A stretch of 64,000 bases of DNA, taken from Lobosporangium transversale. Its lineage: Eukaryota. Location: positions 1,302,001-1,366,000 of the forward strand of contig NW_019028980.1 of assembly GCF_002105155.1 (NCBI RefSeq), in the 5' to 3' direction. This document shows, piece after piece, positions 1-10,854 of the stretch. The notes beneath the pieces are model-generated. The model was not told the origin of the DNA. It searched no databases and was given only the letters and a program-made list of their open reading frames with translations. The position numbers and the translations under genes were made by a program. Each line of letters opens with the position of its first letter. Positions within the stretch are counted from its first letter, which is position 1.

Positions 1-1104
1 TGCGTCGGCACGTCCAATGAGGTTTTCTATTATAGTGATCATTGGACGGAGACGACCACAGGACCAAGTATATAGCATCCCGATTGCTTGATCATTAAAA
101 TGGCCTCTCAGCTTTGATGCAGAGCTTGAGGAACCTTGTTTCTCCAAATATCGTACAAGTGTCTTGAAGTATGTCCGGACTTTTGCTTGATTATCCCATC
201 TAGGAAACGATACTGCACTCTTGAACCTCGAGTCATCGAGAACTTCTCGATATTCCTTGAAGCTTTGCCAGTTCTCTTAATCCAAGCAGGATCATAAATA
301 CAAAAGCCTATCCCGCAAGGAACTATGCAGATTTGTAGTAAATTCTCTGATAAACCCTCCAATCCATGAAAGAATGCTGATAATATTGGTCGCTTAGTGT
401 TGTCGTTATTAATAAACTGGTATTTAGCCTCCCCTCCCCATATCCTGCGTCTCGTTCAAAATAACCAAAAACATAGAGTTGCCTTGATGCCGCTCCGAAA
501 GGACCCTGATTAGATTGTCGAACCAATCTTGCAGGAGCTTGTCAAGGCAATTAAAGCCAACTCCACCAAGTAATTCTGCTACTTTTGTGAAGAGCGCTAG
601 GAATAAATCTGTCCTGGATGGAACCGAGTTTCCTCAATGAACTTCTCCAAGGACCTGTGGACACACTTGCAATAGCATCCATTGGCTAGGCGTCATTCTA
701 CCTTCGGACAAGTAAAAAGGGTAAATTGATGAGCATCAAATATAAAACATAAAGGCACTTTTGCTTACGTTCTTCAAGGGGTATACGAAAACCAAACTGC
801 GATTAACCGCCTATGAACGCAAGACACAGAACATTTGGTGAGATTATAAACAAGCGTGGATATCCCAGACATCAAGGACCTTTTCCTCCTAATCTCCCAT
901 CCGTCTAGCATGGCTCCCAAGGTAATTGATGTGAGAGGGATGATTCTGGCGAGATTGATGCCCTCAACAGCATGTAGCATTAATATACCGAGAACTATGA
1001 ATATATTGACGACACAATCTAATATTGTATCACATTTTACCGGTCAAGCGCGTGGCAGCCTTGGCCACATTCTTGATGTTTTTTTATTCCATGTCCCTGG
1101 ACGC
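1..1104 (-). pseudogene. Decayed, headless CRN-type C-terminal NTPase module (runs off the window edge)
   Basis: Manual minus-strand translation across stops and frameshifts gives TPSQWMLLQVCPQV, FLVILNETQ (degenerate Walker B), RPILSAFFHG...CIVPCGIG, FPRWDNQ and LYTWSCGRLRPMITIIENLI. These resemble motifs I recall from Mortierella CRN NTPase domains. I see no ubiquitin-like head exon between it and the upstream CRN stop at 1706. Confidence 0.7.
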
Positions 1105-1198
1105 CTAGAGATTCAGACGCACCGTCTTCACATACTGACACTGAATTGGCCGAACATACAACAAATATGATCTCATTGATCACAGGTTGCCATCCCGT

Positions 1199-1269
1199 GC
1201 ACGCACCATGGGGCTAAAACGACATTTATGTCTTTAGAGCGGAGCTGTCATCCTAGCTCCTGGTTAAAC
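1199..1269. repeat. CRN-associated hairpin site S1
   Basis: GCACGC-ACCA-T-GGGGCTAAAACGACA...TGTCATCCTAGCTCC-TGGT-TAAAC. Imperfect inverted repeat with the same outer motifs as 44366-44435 and 46797-46863 but a different core. Confidence 0.75.
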
Positions 1270-1270
1270 G

Positions 1271-1560
1271 TTCTGGCGCCCTGGATGATGATAATTGATA
1301 GGCCTTCCGCAAGTGGCAAGCATCCAGATGACAAAGCATATGAGAAAGGATAATTTCCTATGCCAGCTGTCCTGGTGATAATAATATGGTTTTGGGTCTC
1401 ATCATCAGACTCTCACTGGGTTCTCCACAGGATTCTTCATCTCTATCCGTTTTTACAAAACTCTTTGATAATAGTATCACAAAATCCTGCACACAAGATC
1501 GCATAATGACACAGCTTTATAAAGTTCTAAATGCCCCAGTAGAAGGCAGGACGGATTAAA
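1271..1560 (-). pseudogene. Truncated remnant of another CRN NTPase module (Walker A region), ending at site S1
   Basis: Reads HIIITRTAGIG/(K)LSFLICFVIWMLAT/LSIIIIQ over frameshifts, which aligns by eye with LFVTGTPGIGKSAFLVYFAIRLLAE..PPIIIFQ of the intact CRN next door. Confidence 0.5.
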
Positions 1561-1705
1561 CCGCTCTATCTATTCGTCTAAAAGGTAAGTGGATGATGAT
1601 GGCTTCATTCATAAAGAATGAGCCATTGTAAAAAAATTCTCAAGGAACGGGTATAATGCTTTTTTTAAAAAAGACAAAATTTCATCCACTTGATTGGTAT
1701 TCGAT

Positions 1706-4159
1706 TTAATTCTTCAGATTCGTACCGGCTGATCCTCCTGAATATGCAGCTTCGGTGTCGATTTTTATAACACGCTGTCTCACATCTTTTACGCATTCAG
1801 GTGTTTTCTCGGCAATCCAACCTTCGAGGGTACGAAACTTCTGAACTTTAAAATCGTCATATACGTTTCCTGGCACCGCAAAATAGAGGAAAATGGTATC
1901 GTCACTTCCCTTCGACATTGATTGGTCTCCCTTCGACTTTGATCGGTGTCCCTTCAAGCAGGGTCCAGTAATACAATCAATTATCTCCTTGAATGGTGCT
2001 TGCTTGATTGAATGCTTCCCTGCTACTGTGACTTGAAATAGCTTGTTGGGTCCCAATGCAAAATCAATGCACGGAAATTTAGAATGTGCTGGTACAAACA
2101 ACTTGTCAGCTGCTTGAGTGAGCCCTGATAATTCCTCTGGAGTCCGGAAAAACACCACTTCTGGATTTGCTGGAAAATCAAGAAATCCTGTTTCGCCTGA
2201 CTGGAGATCCCTAAAGGGAAATCTAATATCACCACGTCGAAATAAGTGATGAGCATAGATTTCAAACACCGGGCCTTTAGCTATATCCTCTCCGCCTTTG
2301 ACAAGTTTCGCCAATACATCGACCCAAGTGTTATCTTTTATTTTGTCCATAATCTGTGATTCGACCCAACGAGATGCCCACACCAGGTAGAAGTCGAGAT
2401 GGTCAGAAGTGGGGACTCTATGGAGTAAACGACCACTAAATGCACTCGCATCTTTTCCTTGTGCAAAGAGGCTTACAAGATCTGCTGGCTTCTCGAGTGT
2501 GTCAATGGCCGCCTTGACGCGGGAAAACGCACTTTTTCTAGCTTCCTTAATATTTTCTTGATCCATGGATAGTGAAAAGGCTGGGGCCTGTAGGACCTGT
2601 CTTGGTACTCCCCCCAACTTGTAAAAAAGCTCCTCCAAAAATTCTTCATCCACTAGATGATAATACTCTACATTGGCTCTACATTCTTTAAGCTCGTCCA
2701 AACTCCAGAGTGACATGTGATAGTAGCTAAAGCGTGCAGTTTCCTTGGCGAATTCACCGTACTGCTCATTGAGAGTTTTTGGTGATGCCGCAAATATCGT
2801 CCTGGCTTGATCTGGTAGAGGGTTCTCACTACTATCAACTAAGTACCACGTTTCAGGTCGAGCAAGGAAATCTTCGAACATCGTTGTATTCCCTTTACGT
2901 TGGCAAGTTGTTCCTCCATAAACATAACATCTGTCATGCTGCTTATCTTGGAAAATAATAATCGGTGGATTTTCCTCATCGTGTTCGGCAAGGAGGCGGA
3001 TGGCAAAATAGACCAAAAAGGCTGACTTCCCAATTCCAGGTGTTCCAGTGACAAAGAGTCGGTTCAAACCAGTTTCATGAGGGGTACTTAACCTGGATGT
3101 AATATGGTCATAAAGCTTTTCATATTCTTCTCTGATATAAAGATGCCTTGTTTTAGCAATAGGGAAGACACGACCCTCAGGGGCAGTCAATATTTTGGAA
3201 CCCTTGATACCACCAGAATTTCGGAGCTCGCAAGCCACGCTAACAATGCTGTAGTAAATACTATCTCCTGATAACTCCTCCCCCATGTACGAAAGCACCT
3301 TGACCCTCTCTTTCGAGTTGAGAGGCGAGAGGACAGGGCTACCATTCACTATCCCTTTCGTTACAAGCCCCGCTTCTGTAATCGCATCCCTAAGAGCACC
3401 TCTGCTACTTATACTTGGACGAGCTTTTTTAGAGGGTGACTCTGATAAAGGAGATAGAGTGATCAAAGTCAATATTTTTGATTTATTGCACTGCACATCA
3501 CTCTAAAATTGATCAATAACCAGCTTCTCGGCCAAAAGCACTCACCAGAATCTTCATCTTGTTTTCTTTTCTGAGCTAAGTATCAAAAGCGAATAATGAG
3601 AAAGAACGTTGAGTTATCAAGACACAAACCAAATGGTGATATCATGCACATGGCCGTTTAAGATATAAACCAAGCTTCATCAACTGGAAATATCAACAAT
3701 CAGTCCATCAAGAGCCAAAGATATACCTCGCTGTGGTGGCTTGACAAAAACATGGATAGTTTCCTCTGGAAGTTCGGAAATAAATATGTCCCCAAGCTTC
3801 CTTGACGCGACTGTAAGAGCCTCTTTTGACTCGATTTCTGACTCAACGACGATCTTGCCTTTGTCAGGGATGGAGACCCTGTAGAGAGTTAGCTTCTCTG
3901 GTGGGATATCACCAAACCTAGCAGGCGAATAGATGATTTGCTTGAGTTCATCGACTGAACAATTGGAAAGAATCTTTACAGAAAAAGAAGTTGCTTCTCC
4001 ATCAACAATACAATAAATCTGTAGGCTGGTTGGTTCGGGGATTTTAGGGTCATTGGTGCTTGAAGACTCTTCCTTCGCTTCCCCTTTTCTTTCTTCTTTC
4101 CTTTCATACGGTTTAGTTCGAGGTGATAGGCATCGTGGTGATGTTCTGTCGCTTCCCAT
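1706..4159 (-). CDS. Crinkler (CRN) family effector, locus A: ubiquitin-like CRN N-terminal domain + P-loop NTPase + restriction-endonuclease-like domain; apparently intact
   Basis: Predicted exons 4159-3727, 3575-3546 and 3441-1706 with GT-AG phase-1 introns that join in frame. Head: LQIYCIVDGE...VDELKQII...IHVFVKPP. Walker A GTPGIGKS, Walker B WYLVDS, GGVPR motif, REase-like FPCIDF..LFQVT. Confidence 0.88.
3622..3664. repeat. Possible shortened or degenerate hairpin site S4 in intron 1 of CRN A
   Basis: GACACAAACCA...GTTTAAGATA versus GGCACGAACCA...GGTTAGATA of S3 (9/11 match on the left motif). It lies in the same intron as S3 does in CRN B, but the stem is poor. Confidence 0.4.
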
Positions 4160-4915
4160 TGTGATTTCAAAAACAAGGGTGTAAATGGACGGAGGACAGA
4201 AAATAGGGAAAGGTTGATAAAAATGCCAAAGGATGATAATTCAGTAGCAGGATGGTTCAAAATTGTCTAGAGATGAAGTTGAGGGAGGAAAAGAAAAAAA
4301 GAAAAAAAAAAGGAAAGGAAAGGAAAGGAAAGGAAAGGAAAGGCAATGAATGAAGGCTTGGAATAAATAAAAGAGCAAAATTGATGGGAGCAAAACTGGG
4401 GGGAAATAAGAAAAAAGTGAAAAGAGGATAAAGGAAGAAAAGGAAGAGGAGAGTGCAAAAATGAAGTGAAGCAAGTTAAAGAAAGGAGCGACAATTGATA
4501 AATCTGTTCCTTTATTTCAAGGTTGGGCTATGCTGTGTGTGTCTGTGAGAAATTTTTTTTTCTTGTTGCACAAGACGCCATGCGATTAAAGATTGAATTG
4601 GCCCCCAAGTGTGACGTAACATGTATTATTTAAATACACAAACACTATTCGTCTCTTTAACTCTCTTGTTTTCACCACACAATCGAAAGTGTGCACATCC
4701 ACTCTTCACCTTACATTCATCCCACTATGAACATGTCTAATACCTCATTCCAAGAACAAGAAGCTGTTACTGATGCTCCTATCAATGATGTTCTCGCCAT
4801 CAATCAAATTGAAAAGATATTGATCGGTGGATTTGAAGATATTCTAAGTGTTCAAACACGAATAATATATATATAATAATAATTTTCTGTATCAATGCTT
4901 TCCTTGATGATATCA
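4160..4915. repeat. CRN upstream/promoter block, homologous to 47375-47973
   Basis: Long shared strings such as CAGTAGCAGGATGGTTCAAAATTGT, GAAGTGAAGCAAGTTAAAGAAAG, CTCTTGTTTTCACCACACAATCGAAAGT and ACATTCATCCCACTATGAACATGTCTAATAC occur in both. Confidence 0.92.
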
Positions 4916-5243
4916 AAGCAATAATTATGCTTTAGAGAAAAGCCCTTGACGCGTCAAACTCTGGGAAGGATAGAGAGGATGACAGTGAAGAAAGAGAAGG
5001 ATAATGATCAAGTAGATATCCTGGCTGGCCATGAATTTGAATTCGAGGTAAGTGTTGCATTTATATTATAAAGTCTAGTTCATTGCTTGAGAGCATATAA
5101 TAAAGAAAAAGCTGGACATTTGTACGTTAACTCTAGTCTTTGAAGACGCGCGTATTGAGAATGGACTTAATAATATTGTTGTTGTTCAAGCCGCAAAGCA
5201 CTATAAAGTTGATCCTGAATCCAGAGATCTGAGCCTGAAGAGA
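4728..5243 (+). pseudogene. 5' fragment of an unknown spliced gene divergent from CRN A, truncated by the hAT element
   Basis: MNMSNTSFQEQEAVTD...GGFEDI, then a donor mutated to CTAAGT (GTAAGT in the copy at ~47919). A second exon ends FEFE|GTAAGT, and after CTCTAG a third reads FEDARIENGLNNIVVVQAAKHYKVDPESRDLSLKR up to the TE edge. Confidence 0.5.
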
Positions 5244-5990
5244 AAGGGCGTGATGTTTTGGTTTCCAGCACGTGCTGGAAGAAAACGAGCACAAACCTAT
5301 TGCCCATACAGCACAAGCTGATTGCCCATACAGCACAAGCTGATTGCCCATACAGCACAAGCTGATTGCCCATACAGCACAAGCTGATTGCCCAAACAGC
5401 GCGAACCTGTTCTGAAACAGCATGAACCTGTTGTGAAACAGCATGAACCTGTTCTGAAACAGCACAAACCTTTTCTAAAACAGCGCGAACCTGTTCTGAA
5501 AACAGCACAAACCTATTGCACAAACAGCGCCAACCTGAAGAAAAAGCATACAGGCTTAAAAAAATCCACAATCATTTGCATGCATAACAGGCTTCTTCTC
5601 TTTTCGCACTACCATTACCATTGCCATTACCATTACCATTGCCATTACCATTACCATTGCCATTGTCATTCTCATTCTCATTCAATTCTCAGAGAACCTT
5701 CTGCATCATCCCTATAAACACGCTTAATACCACGAACAGTTGACAGATTAACTTTATTTGTCTGATCTTGTCTCACAAAGCGGCCATGTACTTTAATAAT
5801 TCAGTAAATGCTCGGCATCTCTGCCTCTGCTTTCTCTTTATTACTAATGTTGACTATATATAGTCAAAGCCAACTTCTACTTCCATAGCTAGGCTTCTAT
5901 ATCTCTATATCTCAAAGATCTTAAAGACCAATAATCATCGTCTGTGACGCCAAGTAACACTGATACAATTGTACTAGATTCTTCTCTTGC
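5235..5990 (+). repeat. Left long inverted repeat with internal 22-bp and 21-bp tandem arrays and a (CCATTR)n microsatellite
   Basis: ATTGCCCATACAGCACAAGCTG x4 (~5299-5390), AACCTGTTCTGAAACAGCATG-like units x5-6 (~5404-5530), CCATTA/CCATTG run ~5612-5665. Confidence 0.95.
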
Positions 5991-6235
5991 AACAGCCTTC
6001 GCAAAGAGACAAAGGGAACAATCTTTAAATATGTTGAGCCCATTTACTCAATCCACATAAAACAGTTTGTTCCCCTCGTGGAGGAGAGAACCCTCGATAT
6101 ACGATAAAACTTTTTTTGTCCATATTCCTGTTTTGTTTAATAAAGTTTTTTCTGTTCTCATGCTCCCACTTTCCATTCCTCTTCCTGAATCAGTCTGCCT
6201 GACCTTGAAACGCAATTCCTTTTTTTTATTCAACG

Positions 6236-9200
6236 ATGAATGATAAGAGTGAGAATTTCTTGTTTGACAAAGAGCATGGCGAAGAGTATGGCGAAGAGTA
6301 TGACGAAGAGTATGACGAAGAGTATGGCGAAGAAAATAACGACGACTTTGATGAATATCACTCATTCAACCAGGAAGTCAGAAAATCTAGACGAAGACCC
6401 TACTTTCAACGAGAATAGGTGCGAATTCGAGACTGACGATGATTACAGCGGGTTTTCTGGAAGGCGATCGCCTGTAAGTCTATACCTTTGACTCTTAGTT
6501 GCTAGTTAATACTTGATATCCCTTGCTTCGAGCCTTTTTACTGACTTCTTCCGTACGCGTCAATGCTTCTGTAGTCAGAGAGCCTCATCGACCGACGCGC
6601 CCAGCGGCAAGCGCAGGCGAAGTGTGATATATGGCGTCGTGGTCAGGACAGACACGAACAAGAGCAAGTTGATGTTTACCAAAGCAACGATATTGACCAT
6701 TCTGGCGGAGAATACAATGTCTTGGGCGTGAAGACGCGCGAAGGGCGTTCAAGGTCTATGTTCGAGGAAGTGCAAACACGCCAGTTGCCCCAAGTGACTT
6801 CAAGAAGCGAAGCCAGCGTCGCCGCCAGTAGCATCAGGTCTGCCCAAGCCAAACGAGGATATCCTAAGACTCCTTCTCCTCCAACAAATCAGGGACTGCC
6901 TATTCAACCTGCCAGACCTAGGTCATTCCTACGTTCAATCTCAGCATCCCATGTTCTTGGCTCACCCTCTACATCCACATTATGCGCTCCGCGACAATCC
7001 CCACTACCACCGCTACAAAGGGCCGAGAGCTTTCATTATTATCGCAGTCCACAGCCTAGGTCTTATCTCCTCAGTTACTTCATCGTACTCTGGACGGCAT
7101 AGAGATATGCATGGCGTTCAGCCCAAGTCGCCCATCTCCCTGCACCAGACCTCTCGGGCATCTTCATCGTCCTCCTCTTTTCGTGGACTTCCTCAGATCT
7201 CACGAGATTTAGCCTATCCTTTATCTTTTGACAACCCATAAGCAACCCTGCTTGCAGCTGAAGCTGAAGCTTTGGAGCAGCGTCGACCTAACCTACGTAC
7301 CAGTCATGGAGCATCGGAGACATGGTACACGCTATATGAATCGCTTGAACTTGGCGTTTTACCTTCGCCCGAACGGTGCGACGACGCGCCCGCCTCACAA
7401 AAGCCTTTGGCACAAGTCCCAATACATAAGTCCATACGCAAGTCTAGTATCCTTGGACATTTCTATAATACAGATGCATCTGGCTTCTTCGAATGCCAGG
7501 TTAAGAACAGTCTCGGGGTAAAGTGTGGCATAAAGTACAAGAAGTTAGGGGCGGCAGATCACGAAAAAACCATCTCCTCAAAAACCACTCCACAATATAT
7601 GAAGCTGTGCAGGAATTTCGCCTCTATCAAGGCATGGTCCAGAATGTCAAGTCGTCGAAAGATCAAGATGATGATGATGATGAGCCCCCTAGACCACAGG
7701 GGAACTTCGAAGTGGCTAGAGAGGGATTTGTTCTTACGACTATGAAGAGGCCACTTCCGTATGAACAACAGTTCTTCGAGAAATTACTTTTAAGGCTTAT
7801 CGCCGACAACGGAGCGACCTTCAAAATAATTGGCTCGGATTCTTTCAAGGCAATATGTTTGCAACTTAATGCATTATACGTAATTCCAAGCACAGACGCT
7901 ATCCAATCAAACATGGATTTAAGTGTAATGCATATGTGGAGGCAAATCGAGATACATCACTGATCGTAAAATTCAAGGCGCAATCACAGCGGATAGTTGG
8001 ACAAGCGGTGATCAAAGGAAGTTCTTTGGAGTAACATTTCACTTTCTAACACATGACTTTCAGCCGGCTTCAGTTGTGATTGGCATGGAACGAGTCCAAG
8101 GCCCTCAATCGGCAGAAGTCCTATTGGAAAAGCTTGGTAAGAATATCATAGCTTTAGCTCTGTCGGTTTACTGCCTGTTTGAGACCTATGTAAATAACAC
8201 TTTTAATCCTGGAATTTGTTCTATAGAACGTGTAGTCGCAAGATGGAATTTGGAAGGGCATTTGATCTGTGCAACAACGGATCAAGGGTCGAACATAAAA
8301 AGAGCCATACAGCTTTATAATCTAAAGAAGAGTATTACCTGGCTTCCCTGTTTTTCCCATGTAATACAGCTGTGTATCAATAAGGCATTGGAACGAAGTT
8401 CTGGAGCTAAGGCGGTGATGGAAAAATGCCAAAAGATCTCAACCTTCTTCAGAAGCTCCAGTCTTGCTATGGATCTGCTTAACAATCAGCGTAGCAAAAG
8501 TAACAAAAAATTGGTCAAACTGCTTACAACGAATGTCACGCGATGGAACTCAAAATTCAACATGGCAGCAAGGGTGCTTGAAGTTTCAGAAGCAATTACA
8601 GCGGTCTATCAATTAATGAGGGCAGGATCCAAAGACGAAAAGCTCAAGGCTGCGGAGCTCGGGCGGCACCTCCTTGTCGAGGGAGAGATCGAGACCCTGC
8701 AGGAGATTATCACGCTCTTGGAGCCGGCTGCCAAGCTTACACACTGGGCAGGCGCACATGATAACCCGACCATTTCGCAAATCTATTTGAGGGTCTACAC
8801 CATGCTCCCGGCGCTTACAACATTCCGAACGGAAGAGACGAGAGAGTTATGGCAAAGCCTGGACGAACAGATCAAAAAATCGTGGCCTCTCCAGGACATT
8901 CCAGATACCGTGCTCATTTCTATATTCCTGAACCCTGCTTGCGCAGCACTCGATATCTTAAAGGATACGATGCATGCTAGTGGGGAAAGTCTGTTTATAA
9001 AAGCAAAAAAACTCTGCAGCGAAGCCTTTAAGATATTCAAAGAGAATAATACAGTGACAAAAAATCCATTGCAAACGAGTGATTATCAGATACTCTACTT
9101 CTCTTCGAATTTTGCGGTAGAGCTCTACGCTTCATCGGTACGCTTGCCGGACTACAATCACGATCGCTTTAAAGATAAGCCTCAGGACTATTGGAGGCCA

Positions 9201-9416
9201 TATGGCATCGATGAAAATATCTCAGTTGAGGAACTTGCCCACTTCGCGCGCTCGTACCTCTGTATCCAGTCCACATCAACTGAGTCTGAGCGTTTGTTCA
9301 GTAAGGCAGGGCTAGTCCTCTCTCCACTTAGGACCAACCTCAGTGATCGAAATGTGCGCAACATCATTTTTAGTCACAGCTTTGAGAAGATTCGGACTTT
9401 GTTAGACTTACAATGA
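6236..9416 (+). pseudogene. hAT transposase (BED zinc finger, DDE core, C-terminal dimerisation domain), frameshifted
   Basis: BED-like CQVKNSLGVKC...HLLKNH split by a frameshift at ~7550, with a second shift at ~7952. Then TADSWTS, TTDQGSN, PCFSH (CxxH), TRWNS and YLCIQSTSTESERLFSKAG. Likely 90-nt intron 8137-8226. The 5' boundary (acidic N-terminus from 6236) is uncertain. Confidence 0.9.
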
Positions 9417-10094
9417 AATAAATTAAGCGTTTTTATCTACACTGCGCGTCAACAGTGTTGTATTTTGTCCACTACTTGTGAAAGTAGTATAAAGTGATTG
9501 GCAATATTAAGTTTTAGCTTTATTCTGAAAGATGCGTCTATATTTTGGACTCCATCAATGAAACTCGCTATATTTTAATGCTCAGACGGAGGCCCAGGCC
9601 GTTGTGATGACATAAGGACATCTTCCTTTGACTTTGCAGCTTTTTTTCTGATTACTCATCGTAATGTGGTAATTCTTCATCTATTAATTCTCGAAGCTAA
9701 TATCTAGAGGATTTACAAACCACTCATCAATTTCAAAGAATGTATTGATCAAGCAGATGTCGGGCGCGTTTCACCCCTTTCTTTATGAGAGCGTTCTTGA
9801 GAGAAGACAAGTCAACTAATAGGACATTGGATAGGCCAGAGAGCAACTTTAACATGGCATTATGTTTAAATTTTACTTTGATATCCCGATGAGAATATGC
9901 TGTATCGCCATGCCGGTTGAAGAAATAAATGATAAAAAGCTTTTTCTCATACCATTTTTAATGACTTACACTTAACATCTGCCTCAAGAATAAAGTATAT
10001 ATTCCACGGAGTGACAACCATGGCGCCTGAGGGATAGGGACTTCAGCATTGCTAAGCCAGGGCAAGACTTCTTTTACTAAGCCCAAAAAGAGTG

Positions 10095-10850
10095 GCAAGA
10101 GAAGAATCTAGTACAATCGTATCAGTGTTACTTGGCGTCACAGACGATGATTATTGGTCTTTAAGATCTTTGAGATATAGAGATATAGAAGCCTAGCTAT
10201 GGAAGTAGAAGTTGGCTTTGACTATATATAGTCAACATTAGTAATAAAGAGAAAGCAGAGGCAGAGATGCCGAGCATTTACTGAATTATTAAAGTACATG
10301 GCCGCTTTGTGAGACAAGATCAGACAAATAAAGTTAATCTGTCAACTGTTCGTGGTATTAAGCGTGTTTATAGGGATGATGCAGAAGGTTCTCTGAGAAT
10401 TGAATGAGAATGAGAATGACAATGGCAATGGTAATGGTAATGGCAATGGTAATGGTAATGGCAATGGTAATGGTAGTGCGAAAAGAGAAGAAGCCTGTTA
10501 TGCATGCAAATGATTGTGGATTTTTTTAAGCCTGTATGCTTTTTCTTCAGGTTGGCGCTGTTTGTGCAATAGGTTTGTGCTGTTTTCAGAACAGGTTCGC
10601 GCTGTTTTAGAAAAGGTTTGTGCTGTTTCAGAACAGGTTCATGCTGTTTCACAACAGGTTCATGCTGTTTCAGAACAGGTTCGCGCTGTTTGGGCAATCA
10701 GCTTGTGCTGTATGGGCAATCAGCTTGTGCTGTATGGGCAATCAGCTTGTGCTGTATGGGCAATCAGCTTGTGCTGTATGGGCAATAGGTTTGTGCTCGT
10801 TTTCTTCCAGCACGTGCTGGAAACCAAAACATCACGCCCTTTCTCTTCAG
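10095..10850 (-). repeat. Right long inverted repeat of the hAT element
   Basis: Reverse complement of 5235-5990. Confidence 0.95.
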
Positions 10851-10854
10851 AATT

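Larger units (their letters stand above)
5235..10850 (+). mobile_element. hAT-superfamily DNA transposon with 756-bp terminal inverted repeats
   Basis: 5235-5990 is the reverse complement of 10095-10850. ORF-track peptides at 5388-5717(+) and 10368-10697(-) are identical, and I saw one mismatch (5967/10118). The repeats enclose a hAT transposase. No direct 8-bp TSD found. Confidence 0.92.

Noticed and set aside
1070..1110. GVQGHG read as a Walker A motif
   Set aside because: No GKT/S follows in frame, and its position fits a micro-exon better than the NTPase core.
1199..1269. Hairpin sites as hammerhead/HDV ribozymes or tRNA-derived elements
   Set aside because: No CTGANGA/GAAA core, HDV-like nested pairing or A/B boxes seen; a formal Rfam search is still needed.
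5296..5530. Regular 21-22-bp repeats as a CRISPR-like array
   Set aside because: The units are contiguous with no unique spacers and lie inside transposon TIRs; no cas genes are present.
5133..5717. ORFs in the TIRs (also 10368-10891)
   Set aside because: Artefacts of tandem repeats and microsatellites; open on both strands.
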